The notes under the pieces were generated by a model. The model was not told the DNA's origin and searched no databases. It saw only the letters and a list, made by a program, of their open reading frames with translations. A DNA stretch of 64,000 nucleotides from an uncultured cyanobacterium (GTDB lineage: Bacteria; Cyanobacteriota; Cyanobacteriia; PCC-9006; JAAUQQ01): NCBI GenBank assembly GCA_963718615.1, contig OY970368.1:2176001-2240000 (forward strand). The letters are read 5' to 3'. Both the position numbers and the translations under genes were made by a program. Positions within the stretch are counted from its first letter, which is position 1, and the number at the start of each line of letters is the position of its first letter. Below, piece by piece: positions 19,400-30,068 of this stretch.

Positions 19400-21247
19400 T
19401 TAGGAGGCGATCGCCTGCTGCACAAACCGCTTAATTTGCCCACAGGCAATATAGGACTTCCCATCCGGTGCGGTCTTAATTTCATCGACAACATACAACA
19501 TGCCCTCTTCTCGAACCGAGCGGGGAAAGCGCATATTCCAATCCGGTTCGTAGCCATCGGAGACCACTCTGGCCCGCAGTTTGCTGCCATCCTTCACGCA
19601 CTGGACCAAGACACCATCCCCAAGGGTATCGGTTGTGGGTAGGTCGGCAGCGCTGGCGGGGCCTTTAGCGGCTTTACCGCTGCTGGTGGGGCGCGATCGC
19701 CGATTCGTCGCAAAGAAATCCACTTCCCCCGGTTTGACCAAGCGGGTAATCTGACCCGTGACCCGGTAAAAACTGCCATTGCTAGACAGCTCTAAACCTT
19801 CGACGCTATAGCGCACGCCCTCAGCCCGCAGGGCACGGGGAAATTGCACGTTCTTGGTGGCATCGTAGCCATCGGAGAGCACTTTGATCCGAAGTTTTCC
19901 TCCTTCTCGAACACATTGAAGCTCGACGCCGGAACCCACTTCCTGGGCGGTCTGCATGGCTGCTACTTCGTCCCCAGCCGTCACCCCCCGTCCTGCCAGA
20001 TCGCTACGATTACGGTTAAGGCTTTGGTAACTCTGATCGCGCAGTTCCTTACGGCCCGCATTGCCCAGGGCGCGTTGGGCGATGCGACCAGCAAAATATT
20101 CAAGTTGCTCAATTTCTTCGGCAATTTCAAAGATTTCCTGTAGACCCTGGGTTTGCAAGTCTTGAACCAAACTGCGCAGAATCTGCTCAGCCTCAGTCGG
20201 TTGACCGCGCTCGGCTAGAGCTAGGGCGGTTTCCTTCGCCTTGGCAATGGTTAGGTGGCTGATTTCCAACAGAACTGCACTGGAGGCAGAACTGGCGGAG
20301 GCTTCGAGGGTGCCGATGGTGGCAATAATATCTTGCGTGCCTGAAACGGTTTCGATCGCCCCGTTCTTGACCACATCCGCCTGGTAATGGACTTTCATGA
20401 TCGGCTGTTGACCCAAGGGCGCATTGGCGATCGCCAAACTCAATCCCAGCAGCTTATCTTCCCCTTCATAGAGATCCCCTAGGGTAATTAAAGTTGCTCC
20501 AGCATCCGTCTGGCTCACCTGGGCCAAGCTCAAGGTCTCCAAAAGCGTCACACCTGCGGCCAATTCCAGCGTCACCGTCAGATTTTGTCCGGCAACGGCC
20601 CGCAGACTGTCGAGCTCGATGCCAAAAACTTCGCTAGCCTCATCAATGCTCTGAATAAAGTAGAAATTCCCCTGGGCGGCTCGGGCCATGCCAATCAGCA
20701 AATCTTCGTTAAATCCCTGGGCAAACCCAAGGGTTGTCGTGGTAATGCCTTCTTCTGCCTTTTGTCCCGAGGTTTGAGTGAGGACAGCAGGGTCATGAAT
20801 TCCCACGTTGGCATGGCCGTCGGTGAGCAGGAGCACCCGATTAATCCGCTGGGAATCGAGATGATGTTTGACGTACTCGCAGCCCTTGAGCCAGCCCCCG
20901 GAAAGGTTGGTCAGTCCTCCAACATGGACGCGGCGAATGGCGGTTTTGAGCGCGGTTTTGTCCGCAACAGATTGGGGCGGAATGACTGTATCCACATGGT
21001 CGTCGTAGACCACGATCGACAGCGTATCGTTGGCTTCAAGCTGATCCACCACGGATTCTGCCGCTTGGAGAGCATGGTGCAGCGGAGCACCGGCCATGGA
21101 GCCGGAGCGATCGATCACCAAGGAAAGATTCAGATCCCGACGGGGCAGCTCGGGCACATCTGGCCGAAAGCGCAGGAGGAGATTGGTTTTTAAATTTGTT
21201 CCGGTGGGAAGGATTGCCAAATCAAAGTCAAAGCCTGCCTGGATCAT
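19400..21247 (-). CDS. vWA domain protein with two tandem copies of a C-terminal ~60-aa domain
   Basis: MIDAS residues DRSGSM, TN, LTDG; two repeats of QCV(R/K).G.KLR..V.SDGY....N..FPR..R.EG..Y.V. Confidence 0.9.
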   Translation of the reverse strand: MIQAGFDFDLAILPTGTNLKTNLLLRFRPDVPELPRRDLNLSLVIDRSGSMAGAPLHHALQAAESVVDQLEANDTLSIVVYDDHVDTVIPPQSVADKTALKTAIRRVHVGGLTNLSGGWLKGCEYVKHHLDSQRINRVLLLTDGHANVGIHDPAVLTQTSGQKAEEGITTTTLGFAQGFNEDLLIGMARAAQGNFYFIQSIDEASEVFGIELDSLRAVAGQNLTVTLELAAGVTLLETLSLAQVSQTDAGATLITLGDLYEGEDKLLGLSLAIANAPLGQQPIMKVHYQADVVKNGAIETVSGTQDIIATIGTLEASASSASSAVLLEISHLTIAKAKETALALAERGQPTEAEQILRSLVQDLQTQGLQEIFEIAEEIEQLEYFAGRIAQRALGNAGRKELRDQSYQSLNRNRSDLAGRGVTAGDEVAAMQTAQEVGSGVELQCVREGGKLRIKVLSDGYDATKNVQFPRALRAEGVRYSVEGLELSSNGSFYRVTGQITRLVKPGEVDFFATNRRSRPTSSGKAAKGPASAADLPTTDTLGDGVLVQCVKDGSKLRARVVSDGYEPDWNMRFPRSVREEGMLYVVDEIKTAPDGKSYIACGQIKRFVQQAIAS

Positions 21248-21651
21248 GATAATGGCCCGTGCGACGGAATCACAGGTGAGAATCTACAGATTTAGAATGC
21301 CCGCGCGATCGCCAGGGACAACTCCAGCAGGTTGACGACAGGGCTGAGATACGCTGACCTCACCCGAGCTGACCTCACCGACGAAACACCCGTCTTTTTC
21401 CGACGGACAGAGCCCCATCCTTTGCTTAGGCTAGAAAGCATCGCAACCTCAAAATTATGATTTTGTCGCTTTGCGTGGCAGATGCTCCTGGAACTGGGAA
21501 GTCTGAAGGGTACAGAGGCAAGATCCAAGGCCTAACGCTGGCTCACCTCTGGAGTCAGACCGGTCAGTCAAACAGGCAATCTTCTGCCCCCTTGTCCTTA
21601 CCCGTTTGCGCTGTTCTGATTGCCGATTTTCTACCCGCCGGACCTCGCGCT

Positions 21652-22446
21652 ATGTTTTCTCAATCTTTATCAACCCCTCAAGCCTTTCAACTGCTTCCCC
21701 AGAGTCTCGATCCGCAGCGGTTGCCTCAGCATGTTGCGGTCATCATGGATGGCAATGGCCGCTGGGCCAAACAGCGGGGCATGCCCCGGATTGCAGGCCA
21801 TCGCCAAGGGGCCAAGGTACTGAAGGATTTAGTCCGCTGCTGCAAGGATTGGGGCGTTCCAGCGCTCACGGCCTATGCCTTTTCCACCGAAAACTGGCGG
21901 CGGCCCACGGAAGAAGTGGATTTCTTAATGGCGTTGTTTGAACGGCTCCTGCGCCGAGAGTTATCAGAAATGCATCGCGAGGGCGTGCGGATTTCATTCA
22001 TTGGAGATCTGTCGGCCTTACCGGCTAGTTTGCAGAAAACCATGGACGGAGCCATGGCTCAAACCCAAAACAATCAGGCGGTTCATTTCTCGGTGGCGGT
22101 AAACTATGGCAGCCGCAACGAACTGGTCCACGCTTGCCGCCAAGTTGCGGCCCAGGTGCAGCAGGGATCACTCCAACTGGATGAGATCAGCGATGAATAC
22201 CTAGAACAGCAGTTGTATACCGCTGGAACGCCCAGTCCAGATCTGCTGATTCGCACCAGCGGTGAGCAACGCCTTAGCAATTTCTTGTTGTGGCAACTGG
22301 CCTATACGGAGCTGCACTTTACTGACGTGTTTTGGCCCGATTTTGACCGGGCAGCGTTTGCGAAGGCCTTGGAGACGTTTCAGGTGCGCGATCGCCGCTT
22401 CGGAGGTCTCAAAACAGGGCTCAACGCGCTCTCGCTGACTGCCTAA
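21652..22446 (+). CDS. uppS: Isoprenyl transferase (UppS family)
   Basis: [39 protein letters not shown]. Confidence 0.95.
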   Translation: MFSQSLSTPQAFQLLPQSLDPQRLPQHVAVIMDGNGRWAKQRGMPRIAGHRQGAKVLKDLVRCCKDWGVPALTAYAFSTENWRRPTEEVDFLMALFERLLRRELSEMHREGVRISFIGDLSALPASLQKTMDGAMAQTQNNQAVHFSVAVNYGSRNELVHACRQVAAQVQQGSLQLDEISDEYLEQQLYTAGTPSPDLLIRTSGEQRLSNFLLWQLAYTELHFTDVFWPDFDRAAFAKALETFQVRDRRFGGLKTGLNALSLTA

Positions 22447-22545
22447 AAAGCCCTTGCTTCATGATTCTTTAGATGGCAACAGGCCCGAAATTTTGCATAA
22501 TGCATCCAAGGCTTTTGGGCCTTAGCGCCATCTTTCAAGGACATC

Positions 22546-23490
22546 ATGAGCGAACGTCCCATCATTCTCGGCATCGTGGGTGACAGTGCCGCCGGAAAAA
22601 CCACCCTAACCCGAGGGATTGCCAAGATATTGGGAGAAGAAGATGTGACAGTCATCTGTACCGATGACTACCACCGCTACGATCGCCAACAGCGAGCCGA
22701 GCGCAAAATCTCAGCCCTGCATCCCGACTGTAACTATCTCGATATCATTCAGCAGCATTTGGGTCTCTTGCGCACCGGCCAAGCCGTGCTCAAGCCGATC
22801 TACAACCATTCCACCGGAGGATTTGATCCACCGGAATATATTGAGCCCCGGAAGTTTGTCATCGTCGAGGGGCTCCTGGGCTATTCCACCCGTGCGGCTC
22901 GGGACTTCTACGATGTGAAAACCTATCTGGCCCCACCAGAATCCCTGCGCACGGCTTGGAAAATCAAGCGAGATACGGCCAAGCGGGGCTACACCGAGGA
23001 GCAGGTTCTGGAGCAAATGCGGCTGCGGGAGTCTGATTCCGAGCAGTTTATTCGACCCCAGCGGCAATGGGCTGATATGGTCGTGAGCTTTTGCCCCTCC
23101 AGCGATACTGAGAACCAAAACGATCTCTTGCTGGATGTCAAACTGGTTCTGCGACCGACGATTCCCCATCCCGATTTGATTGCCCTCTTTGAGTCGGACC
23201 AAGGACCGCTGGGCACAACGGTTCGCCTTGGTCTAACACGAGACATGGGTAAGCCCGTGGATCTACTGGAAATTGATGGTCATGCCACGGCAGCACAAGT
23301 GCAGCAGCTAGAGCGGTTGCTGTGCAACGATATCCCCTTCCTCGGACAGTTTTGCAGCCTGGAGGGCAATCAAGACCTGGGTAAAATCGTCGGTACAACG
23401 GGAGAAACGCTGCAAAGTTATCCTTTAGCTTTGACGCAACTATTAATCACGTACCATATGCTCAAGGCAGCGAAGGTTGCCTCCCGCTAG
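22546..23490 (+). CDS. prk: Phosphoribulokinase-family protein (non-canonical paralog type)
   Basis: GDSAAGKTT P-loop, DDYHRYDR, KPIYNH, EGL, KIKRD. Confidence 0.85.
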   Translation: MSERPIILGIVGDSAAGKTTLTRGIAKILGEEDVTVICTDDYHRYDRQQRAERKISALHPDCNYLDIIQQHLGLLRTGQAVLKPIYNHSTGGFDPPEYIEPRKFVIVEGLLGYSTRAARDFYDVKTYLAPPESLRTAWKIKRDTAKRGYTEEQVLEQMRLRESDSEQFIRPQRQWADMVVSFCPSSDTENQNDLLLDVKLVLRPTIPHPDLIALFESDQGPLGTTVRLGLTRDMGKPVDLLEIDGHATAAQVQQLERLLCNDIPFLGQFCSLEGNQDLGKIVGTTGETLQSYPLALTQLLITYHMLKAAKVASR

Positions 23491-23516
23491 GTCGTATTGA
23501 TGGAAGGATCGCGCCT

Positions 23517-25982
23517 GTGACGTTGAGCAAGCAATGGCAGACGCTGCGTCAGTTTGGCTGGCGATGGCGCGGGGTTTGGCTGACGGTGCCGGTGACCGTT
23601 CTGCTGGTGCTGGGAGGTCGGGGACTAGGGCTGTTGGAAGGGTTGGAACTGGCGGCCTTAGATCAGTTCTTTCTACGGCGTCCGGTGGAGGGGCCTGACG
23701 ATCGCATTGTCCTGGTAACAGTGGATGAAGCCGATATTCAGGCCCTTGGTACTTGGCCCTTGCCCGATGACCGTATGGCTCAGCTCTTGCAAAATTTGCG
23801 GGGGCGATCGCCTTACATCATCGGTCTCGACTTCTACCGCGATGTCCCCGTGCCCCCTGGCACTCTAGCCTTACAGCAGGTGCTCACCGCATCGACCCAG
23901 CAGGATCCCAAAATCATCGGCGTTGAAAAGCTCGTCAGCAGCGCCGATAGCGCCGCTGTTGCCCCCCAGCCGATTTTGCAAGGGGCCAATCAGGTGGGCA
24001 TTAATGATTTCCTTCAGGATCCCGATGGCCGAACTCGCCGGTTTCCGATCTATGCCAGTTTGCCAGGGGCAGACTCGCGCTTTAGCCTCAGCTTTATCTT
24101 GGCCTGCCAGTATCTAGAAAACCGCCTGGGGGGCACCTGTGGCCAAAGCCCAGATCTGCAAGTTCAGCTCGAAGCCCACGGCAGGACGACGCGTCTGCCT
24201 CAAATTCAGCCCAACAGCGGTGGCTATAGCCGGGAAGAGGCTGGGGGCTATCAGATGCTGCTCAACTATCGCGGACCGGCTCGTTTTTCTGGGGCGGCGG
24301 TCCACTGCCGCCGCAATCGCACGCCCCCTTCAGCGCTGCCTCCTCAACCCTTTGCCGCCGTTTGTCTGACCGATGTCCTCGCCAATGATTGGCCTGCGGA
24401 GTTGGATTTGCGCGATCGCATCGTCCTTGTCGGTCCCGTTGCCCAAAGCCTCAATGATCTGTTTTATACCCCCTATAGCGGTACGCTGTTTTCGCCCCCC
24501 CAGCGGATGCCCGGTGTGGTCATCCATGCCAACGCCATCAGCCAATTGCTCTCAGCCGCGCTCCAACGTCGTCCGCTGATTCACACCTTACCCGATGGGG
24601 CAGAACAGCTCTGGATCGGCCTCTGGGGCCTACTGGGAGCGGTCCTCAGTTGGTATCGGGGGTATCTGGGGAGTTCCCTTGATGGGCGACCTAAGGCCCA
24701 ATCCAATCGTCAGCGTTGGGGTCGGTTGGTCTTAGAACTCTCACTGCTTAGCGGTAGTTTAATCCTGTTTTGCTATGGAGCCTTTTTGCTGGGCTGGTGG
24801 GTGCCGCTGGTGCCGCCCCTCTTGGCCTTGGGCGGAACGGCGATCGCCATCAATGCCTACGTTGCCCGCACCGCCACGGAAATCCGCAAAATCTTTGGTC
24901 GCTATGTCACGGACCAAGTGGTCACCACGTTGCTGGAGAGTCCTGAGGGCTTGAAAATTGGAGGCGATCGCCGCAGAATCACAATCCTCACCTCCGATGT
25001 ACGCGGGTTCACCGCCACTGCCGAGCGTCTTTCTCCAGAAAAAGTGGTCCAGGTGCTCAACCTCTATTTGTCAGCCATGACCGATGTGATCGAAGCCTAC
25101 AACGGCACGATTGATGCCTTTATCGGTGACGGTATTTTGGTACTATTTGGTGCCCCCACCGCCGCTGCCGATGACGCAGCCCGTGCCGTCGCCTGTGCCG
25201 TAGCCATGCAGCAGGCCATGCCCCAGGTCAATGCCAAGGTGCAGGCGCTGAATGATGGCATTCCCCTAGAAATGGGTATTGGCATCAACACCGGCGAGGT
25301 GGTTGTGGGCAATATTGGCTCTGAAAAACACACCAAATACAGCGTCATTGGCAAACATGTTAATCTGGCCTATCGCATTGAAGCCTTTACCGTCGGGGGG
25401 CAAATCCTAATTTCAGATTCGACGCGGGATGCGGTGGCGGAGCAGGTGAAACTGGGCGATCGCATCGAAGTCCAGGCCAAAGGGCTACAAACCCCCATCC
25501 CCGTTTACGACGTACTTGGCATTGGGGCTCCCTTTAATTTAACGCTCCCCCAGCTCTTGGAAGAATGGGTGACGCTGGTATCCCCGATGCCTGTGGAATA
25601 TGTCGTTTTAGAAGGCAAGCAAATCCATGCAGCAGCGCAGCTTGGCCAACTGGTTAGGCTGTCCGAGAACAGTGCTGAATTGCGTTTGCCCACTGACGCA
25701 GAGCCACTGGGTCGGTTGAGCAATCTAAAACTGAATCTCCACAGGGCAGAATCGGTCAAGACCACTCAGGCGACGCTAGAGCATCCGACCCCAGACCTGT
25801 ACACCGAAGACCTCTATGCCAAGGTTGTCGGGGAGTCGAGTGAGGCTATTTCTTCAGATCATGCACCTTGCTTGATCATCCGGTTCACAGCTCGTAGCCC
25901 CTTGGCCCAGCAGTGGATGGAGCATCAGAGATTGCAAGCCATAGAATTGCAGGCCATGGCCTTACAGGCTATGGAATTATAG
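23517..25982 (+). CDS. CHASE2-domain adenylate/guanylate cyclase
   Basis: CHASE2 (IGLDFYRD, MPGVVIHAN), TM helices, class III cyclase (SDVRGFT, FIGDG, GNIGS, VNLAYRIE). Confidence 0.92.
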   Translation: MTLSKQWQTLRQFGWRWRGVWLTVPVTVLLVLGGRGLGLLEGLELAALDQFFLRRPVEGPDDRIVLVTVDEADIQALGTWPLPDDRMAQLLQNLRGRSPYIIGLDFYRDVPVPPGTLALQQVLTASTQQDPKIIGVEKLVSSADSAAVAPQPILQGANQVGINDFLQDPDGRTRRFPIYASLPGADSRFSLSFILACQYLENRLGGTCGQSPDLQVQLEAHGRTTRLPQIQPNSGGYSREEAGGYQMLLNYRGPARFSGAAVHCRRNRTPPSALPPQPFAAVCLTDVLANDWPAELDLRDRIVLVGPVAQSLNDLFYTPYSGTLFSPPQRMPGVVIHANAISQLLSAALQRRPLIHTLPDGAEQLWIGLWGLLGAVLSWYRGYLGSSLDGRPKAQSNRQRWGRLVLELSLLSGSLILFCYGAFLLGWWVPLVPPLLALGGTAIAINAYVARTATEIRKIFGRYVTDQVVTTLLESPEGLKIGGDRRRITILTSDVRGFTATAERLSPEKVVQVLNLYLSAMTDVIEAYNGTIDAFIGDGILVLFGAPTAAADDAARAVACAVAMQQAMPQVNAKVQALNDGIPLEMGIGINTGEVVVGNIGSEKHTKYSVIGKHVNLAYRIEAFTVGGQILISDSTRDAVAEQVKLGDRIEVQAKGLQTPIPVYDVLGIGAPFNLTLPQLLEEWVTLVSPMPVEYVVLEGKQIHAAAQLGQLVRLSENSAELRLPTDAEPLGRLSNLKLNLHRAESVKTTQATLEHPTPDLYTEDLYAKVVGESSEAISSDHAPCLIIRFTARSPLAQQWMEHQRLQAIELQAMALQAMEL

Positions 25983-26063
25983 GCCATGGAATTTCAGGAG
26001 TTTGGCTAACAGATGCCGCAACAACAGGGAGTTAATGTCCCAAGGGCGTTCATTGCCCACGAC

Positions 26064-26876
26064 CTAAAATTCTGGAATTTCTATGACATTCACCGACACC
26101 AGCGGCGCGGCGGCAAAGCCCCCCAATCCCACGGAGTCCAGCAATTGCAACCAGCCTTGGAACGCCGGTTCATTCTGGGTCGTGGTCTGACGCAGTTCAA
26201 TCAACGCCATGAGTGCGTCTTGCCAAATCCCTGCTTCTGCAAAGAGCTGGGCTCGCTGGGCCAGGGTTGCCCCTGTGAGCTGGGTCAGCAGCGCAGATGG
26301 AGTGGCCTGACGCTCGATCCAACCGGATAGATGCTGTTGACTATCCAACGACGTGACATCGCAATTGAAACTTAAGAACCATTGATATCGGTGGCCGGGT
26401 TGCAACGCGGGCACATTTGCAGGCAGCGTCACCTGCATAATGCCAGGGGTTTCTGGTAGGTCCACCGTCGCCTCGTAGGCAATTTGTTGACCCATAGGCC
26501 CATGGTCAATTAGCAAAAAGTCTGCATTTTCACCAGCGGTTTGAGGTAACACATGCCAAAAGAAGGCTGGGTGCTCCTGCAGCGTCAAGCTGAAATATTG
26601 CGACTTTTGGGGGTTGTCCAGCGCTTTGGCCTGGGGAGCCAAGGGTGTGATGACCGTTTTATTACGGAGCATTTCGCAGGATTCGGCACCACGGCTTGCT
26701 CCAGCAGTGGTTGTGGAGGGTGCACCGGAGTTCCGAGGGGGCGTAAAGGATTGGGCCAGGGCGATCGCAGGCGAACCCAAGGGTGCAACACAGCTAGAGG
26801 CGATGAGAAAGCCTGAGCAGAAGCGTTGAGCGATCGAGCGGGGGGATTTCCAAATGGGGGGATAGCTACTATTCAT
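26064..26876 (-). CDS. DUF928 domain protein
   Basis: GASRG, L.P...Y.W, GWIER, AEAGIWQDAL, LLDSVGL. Confidence 0.88.
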   Translation of the reverse strand: MNSSYPPIWKSPRSIAQRFCSGFLIASSCVAPLGSPAIALAQSFTPPRNSGAPSTTTAGASRGAESCEMLRNKTVITPLAPQAKALDNPQKSQYFSLTLQEHPAFFWHVLPQTAGENADFLLIDHGPMGQQIAYEATVDLPETPGIMQVTLPANVPALQPGHRYQWFLSFNCDVTSLDSQQHLSGWIERQATPSALLTQLTGATLAQRAQLFAEAGIWQDALMALIELRQTTTQNEPAFQGWLQLLDSVGLGGFAAAPLVSVNVIEIPEF

Positions 26877-27028
26877 CGTCGTGAGCCCTTCGCAATAGGG
26901 GGGCGAATCTCTTGCCAGTCTATCTTTCCGCCCCTGAAATACGCTCGTAATATAAGTCACTCACGATTAAAATTTTTCTAACTGTAAAGAGTCCATAAAT
27001 AGGGAAACATCCAGAGCAACAAATAAGT

Positions 27029-27072
27029 GAACCCGCAGGGTTAAGCCACTGTATTGCGGCCCCTGCGGGTTC
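27029..27072. repeat. Inverted repeat (12-bp stem) between ilvE and the DUF928 gene
   Basis: GAACCCGCAGGG-N20-CCCTGCGGGTTC. Confidence 0.5.
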
Positions 27073-27212
27073 TTAAGACTTTCATTATAGTTTGGTCGGT
27101 ATATTCTGTATTTTGGCTACAGTTTAGCTTAAGTGACTTCAGAAAATTTTCTGAGTTTTGGCTTCACCTTCGCCAAATTTTTAAAAGAACCAACGAATCC
27201 TACACAATTTCT

Positions 27213-28127
27213 TCACGCTAGCTCGATCCGATGGACCCAGTCTTTGAATTCGGGATAGCGATCTTCGGTAATGGCCGTCAGCGTATCTTTAAGGTGGTGG
27301 GTAATGGGGCGATCGCCAGGTAACCCATAGTTCTCAATCCGCTGCACCGGCGTCACCTTCGCCGCTGTCCCACAAAGAAATACCTCATCCGCAATCATGA
27401 GCTCCGTCTTATCAATGGGACGCTCAATGACCTTATAGCCCAAATGACGGGCCACCTGGATGATACTGTCGCGGGTAATCCCTTCGAGAATGTCTTGCTC
27501 AACGCCAGGGGTAAAGATCTCGCCATTGCGGACCATAAAAATATTCATCCCTGTGGCCTCGCAGACTTTGCCTTGGCTATTGAGCAAAATCGCTTCGTCA
27601 AAGCCAGAGTCGACCGCCTCGGTCTTGGCGAGAGAAGAGGTAATGTAAGCACCGCTAATTTTGCCCCGGAGCGGGAAGCTGCGGTCCTCTTGACGATACC
27701 AGGAGCTAATGCGGCAGCTCACGCCATCGGCGGCGAGATAATCACCTAGCTCTAGGCCATAGATGAAGAAATCCTTCTCGATTTTGTGGAGCCGGGGGGC
27801 AATGCCGAGGTCAGAGGTATAGACAAAGGGCCGAATATAAAACGACTGGTGCGGACTATTTTTTTGAACAAAATCCGTGATCAGGGCTTGGATTTTGTCC
27901 GCTGGCAGATCAAACTGAAGATAGCGGGCGCTATTGCTGAGGCGCTGACAGTGGCGATCGAGGCGAAAGAGCAAAATCTGAGACGGATTCTCGGGATGGG
28001 GAATCCCCCGCAGGCCCCCAAACGCCCCCGTGCCATAGTGCAGGGCATGGGTCGCAATGGAAAGGTTAGCATCGGCAAAGGGAACGAAGCGGCCTTGAAA
28101 ATAGGCAGTAGGCAAGAAATTATGCAT
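27213..28127 (-). CDS. ilvE: Branched-chain amino acid aminotransferase
   Basis: THALHYGTG.F.G.R, YIRP, K..G.Y, E..G.N.F, LEGITR, GTAA. Confidence 0.95.
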   Translation of the reverse strand: MHNFLPTAYFQGRFVPFADANLSIATHALHYGTGAFGGLRGIPHPENPSQILLFRLDRHCQRLSNSARYLQFDLPADKIQALITDFVQKNSPHQSFYIRPFVYTSDLGIAPRLHKIEKDFFIYGLELGDYLAADGVSCRISSWYRQEDRSFPLRGKISGAYITSSLAKTEAVDSGFDEAILLNSQGKVCEATGMNIFMVRNGEIFTPGVEQDILEGITRDSIIQVARHLGYKVIERPIDKTELMIADEVFLCGTAAKVTPVQRIENYGLPGDRPITHHLKDTLTAITEDRYPEFKDWVHRIELA

Positions 28128-28238
28128 AGTTATTGGGTTGAGCGGCGGTCACAGCCTCGAATAAATCCACTGTTCCCCATTGTCGCATTTTCATCCCAGC
28201 ATCTTAAAAATCACCCCATCCATCACCCCATCACCCCA

Positions 28239-28556
28239 TCAAGACTCAATCTCCGCCCGCATCCGTTCCAGGGTCTGATTCATCTGCTCAAACATCTGCT
28301 GCGGCGTCATGCCAAACTGCCCCAACTGGGTTTTGAGCTGCTCTACCGTCATCTGAGCCATAAAATCTTCCGAGAGCTCAAACCGCTTCATAAAGATCTG
28401 GTAGCGCTCCATCAAGCCTTCCATCTGCTCAATGAATAGCTTCTTACCTTCTCGGTCAAACTTGCCGTAGCGGCTGCCAATCTCCATGAGGGACTGATAG
28501 TCTTCAAATAGCTTTTTGGCTTCCTGCTGAACAATCTCAGAGTCAAAAAATCCCAT
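28239..28556 (-). CDS. DUF1825 family protein
   Basis: MGFFDSEIVQQEAK...YGKFDREGKKLFIEQME. Confidence 0.88.
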   Translation of the reverse strand: MGFFDSEIVQQEAKKLFEDYQSLMEIGSRYGKFDREGKKLFIEQMEGLMERYQIFMKRFELSEDFMAQMTVEQLKTQLGQFGMTPQQMFEQMNQTLERMRAEIES

Positions 28557-28854
28557 GGCAGTGGTTCTTCTCCGCACCTTGCCCCGATTTTGGAGCGACT
28601 GGTTGGTTGTTTCTCGAACAAAAACCGAACTGTTCGATACTCTTTATTGTAGGTCAGTGACCTAGGGGCCTCAATTGCAAATCCGTCCTCCCCATGGACG
28701 GGTATCCGAACCCAGGGCCGAGAGGTCATGCATTTTAGATCGGCTGGAGAGAATATTGGGGCAAGGATGGAGATTGGATGGCAACTCTGGCCCAACTTGA
28801 CTAAGATTGAGGGCAATTGTTGCGGGTCATCTGCCAGAGCGAGGGGAAGAGGGA

Positions 28855-29310
28855 TTGAAAAGTCGTAAGTTAGCTGCGGCCTTGGCATTGCTGGGGGTTG
28901 TGACGCTACCGGGGATCCATCGGTTCTATTTGGGGCAGCCTCGGTGGGCGATCGCCTACATGTTGCTGGCCTGGAAAACACCCATTTCCCGCATTGCCAG
29001 CGCCATCGAAGCCCTTTGGTATTTGTTTTTAGACGAAGAGGAGTTCGATCGCAATTTCAATGGTCTAGAACCCTGTGGGGAGTCCTATGGAGTTAAAGCA
29101 GCGCAGGGCCAATCTGGGCTAGGCATGCAGACGATCCCTCATCTATGGCGGCAGGTGACCCATCGGCAGCCTGCTGCGACGATCGCACCGGAAACCGTGG
29201 GGGCGATCGCCGAGGCCCTGCGGCAATTGGAAAACCTGCGCCAAGATGGGCTGATCACCGATGCGGAGTTTGAGCAGAAGCGACGGAAACTCTTGGCTCA
29301 AATAGATTAG
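28855..29310 (+). CDS. TM2/NINE + SHOCT domain protein
   Basis: GIHRFYLGQ; C-terminal L..LRQDGLITDAEFEQKRRKLL; TTG start inferred. Confidence 0.85.
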   Translation: MKSRKLAAALALLGVVTLPGIHRFYLGQPRWAIAYMLLAWKTPISRIASAIEALWYLFLDEEEFDRNFNGLEPCGESYGVKAAQGQSGLGMQTIPHLWRQVTHRQPAATIAPETVGAIAEALRQLENLRQDGLITDAEFEQKRRKLLAQID

Positions 29311-29336
29311 ACCTGAGGACTCTTGACCGAAAAACC

Positions 29337-29933
29337 ATGGCAATACGGCGGTGGCTAACCACCTGGATTGAACAATCAAGGGTGTATGAATCCTTCGGAC
29401 CGCTGGGCACAACGGTACAGCAGAAGGCGTTGTTGGAAAAACTACGCTATCGCCTTCAGCAGGATCCTGCTTGTCGTCTGGAGACCTTGACAGAGGTGTC
29501 GATGGCGGCGGCGTTGGGGGTGCAGATCGATGTCAATCGGGCGGGGGTGGAAGATTGGCTGCGGTTGCCGGGGGTTTCGATTCACCAGGCAAGGTTGCTC
29601 CATGGGTTGGCCCAATCGGGTGTGCAGTTTCATGGCCTAGAGGATCTGGCTGCTGCGCTGGGTGTTTCGGAGAATCAGCTTCAGGGGTTTCTACCGATTT
29701 TACAGTTTTGTTATTACGATCCAGAGTTGTTTTTGCAACCCAAGTTGGTTGATCCGAATACCGCGAGTCTGGAGCAGTTGCGGGCCATTCCGGGGCTGAC
29801 GCCGTCTTGCGCTTTGGCGATCGTCCAGGCCAGACATCGGGGAGCACCGTTTCGGGATTTGGCTGATTTTCAGCGGCGGTTGCAGCTCCCGACGGCGATG
29901 TTGGAGGAACTCATGCATTACCTGAGGTTTTGA
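29337..29933 (+). CDS. ComEA-like helix-hairpin-helix protein
   Basis: IDVNRA..EDWLRLPG and DPNTASLEQLRAIPG HhH motifs. Confidence 0.85.
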   Translation: MAIRRWLTTWIEQSRVYESFGPLGTTVQQKALLEKLRYRLQQDPACRLETLTEVSMAAALGVQIDVNRAGVEDWLRLPGVSIHQARLLHGLAQSGVQFHGLEDLAAALGVSENQLQGFLPILQFCYYDPELFLQPKLVDPNTASLEQLRAIPGLTPSCALAIVQARHRGAPFRDLADFQRRLQLPTAMLEELMHYLRF

Positions 29934-30068
29934 GCAGACCCAAATCATCGCATTTTTACGTGAGCGTCTCGTCTAGGACTGCGGTAGCCTATAAGTCTAG
30001 CGATCGCCCACCTGCGGTCTTAGTTTCGAGCGACCCTTGTCATTTCCTGCGCATCTCGCATCTACCCT

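Noticed and set aside
21457-21651. 65-codon N-terminal extension of UppS
   Set aside because: Not UppS-like; ATG 21652 gives normal length
27107-27121. TGTA...TACA palindrome as an NtcA site
   Set aside because: Spacing is GTA-N7-TAC rather than N8
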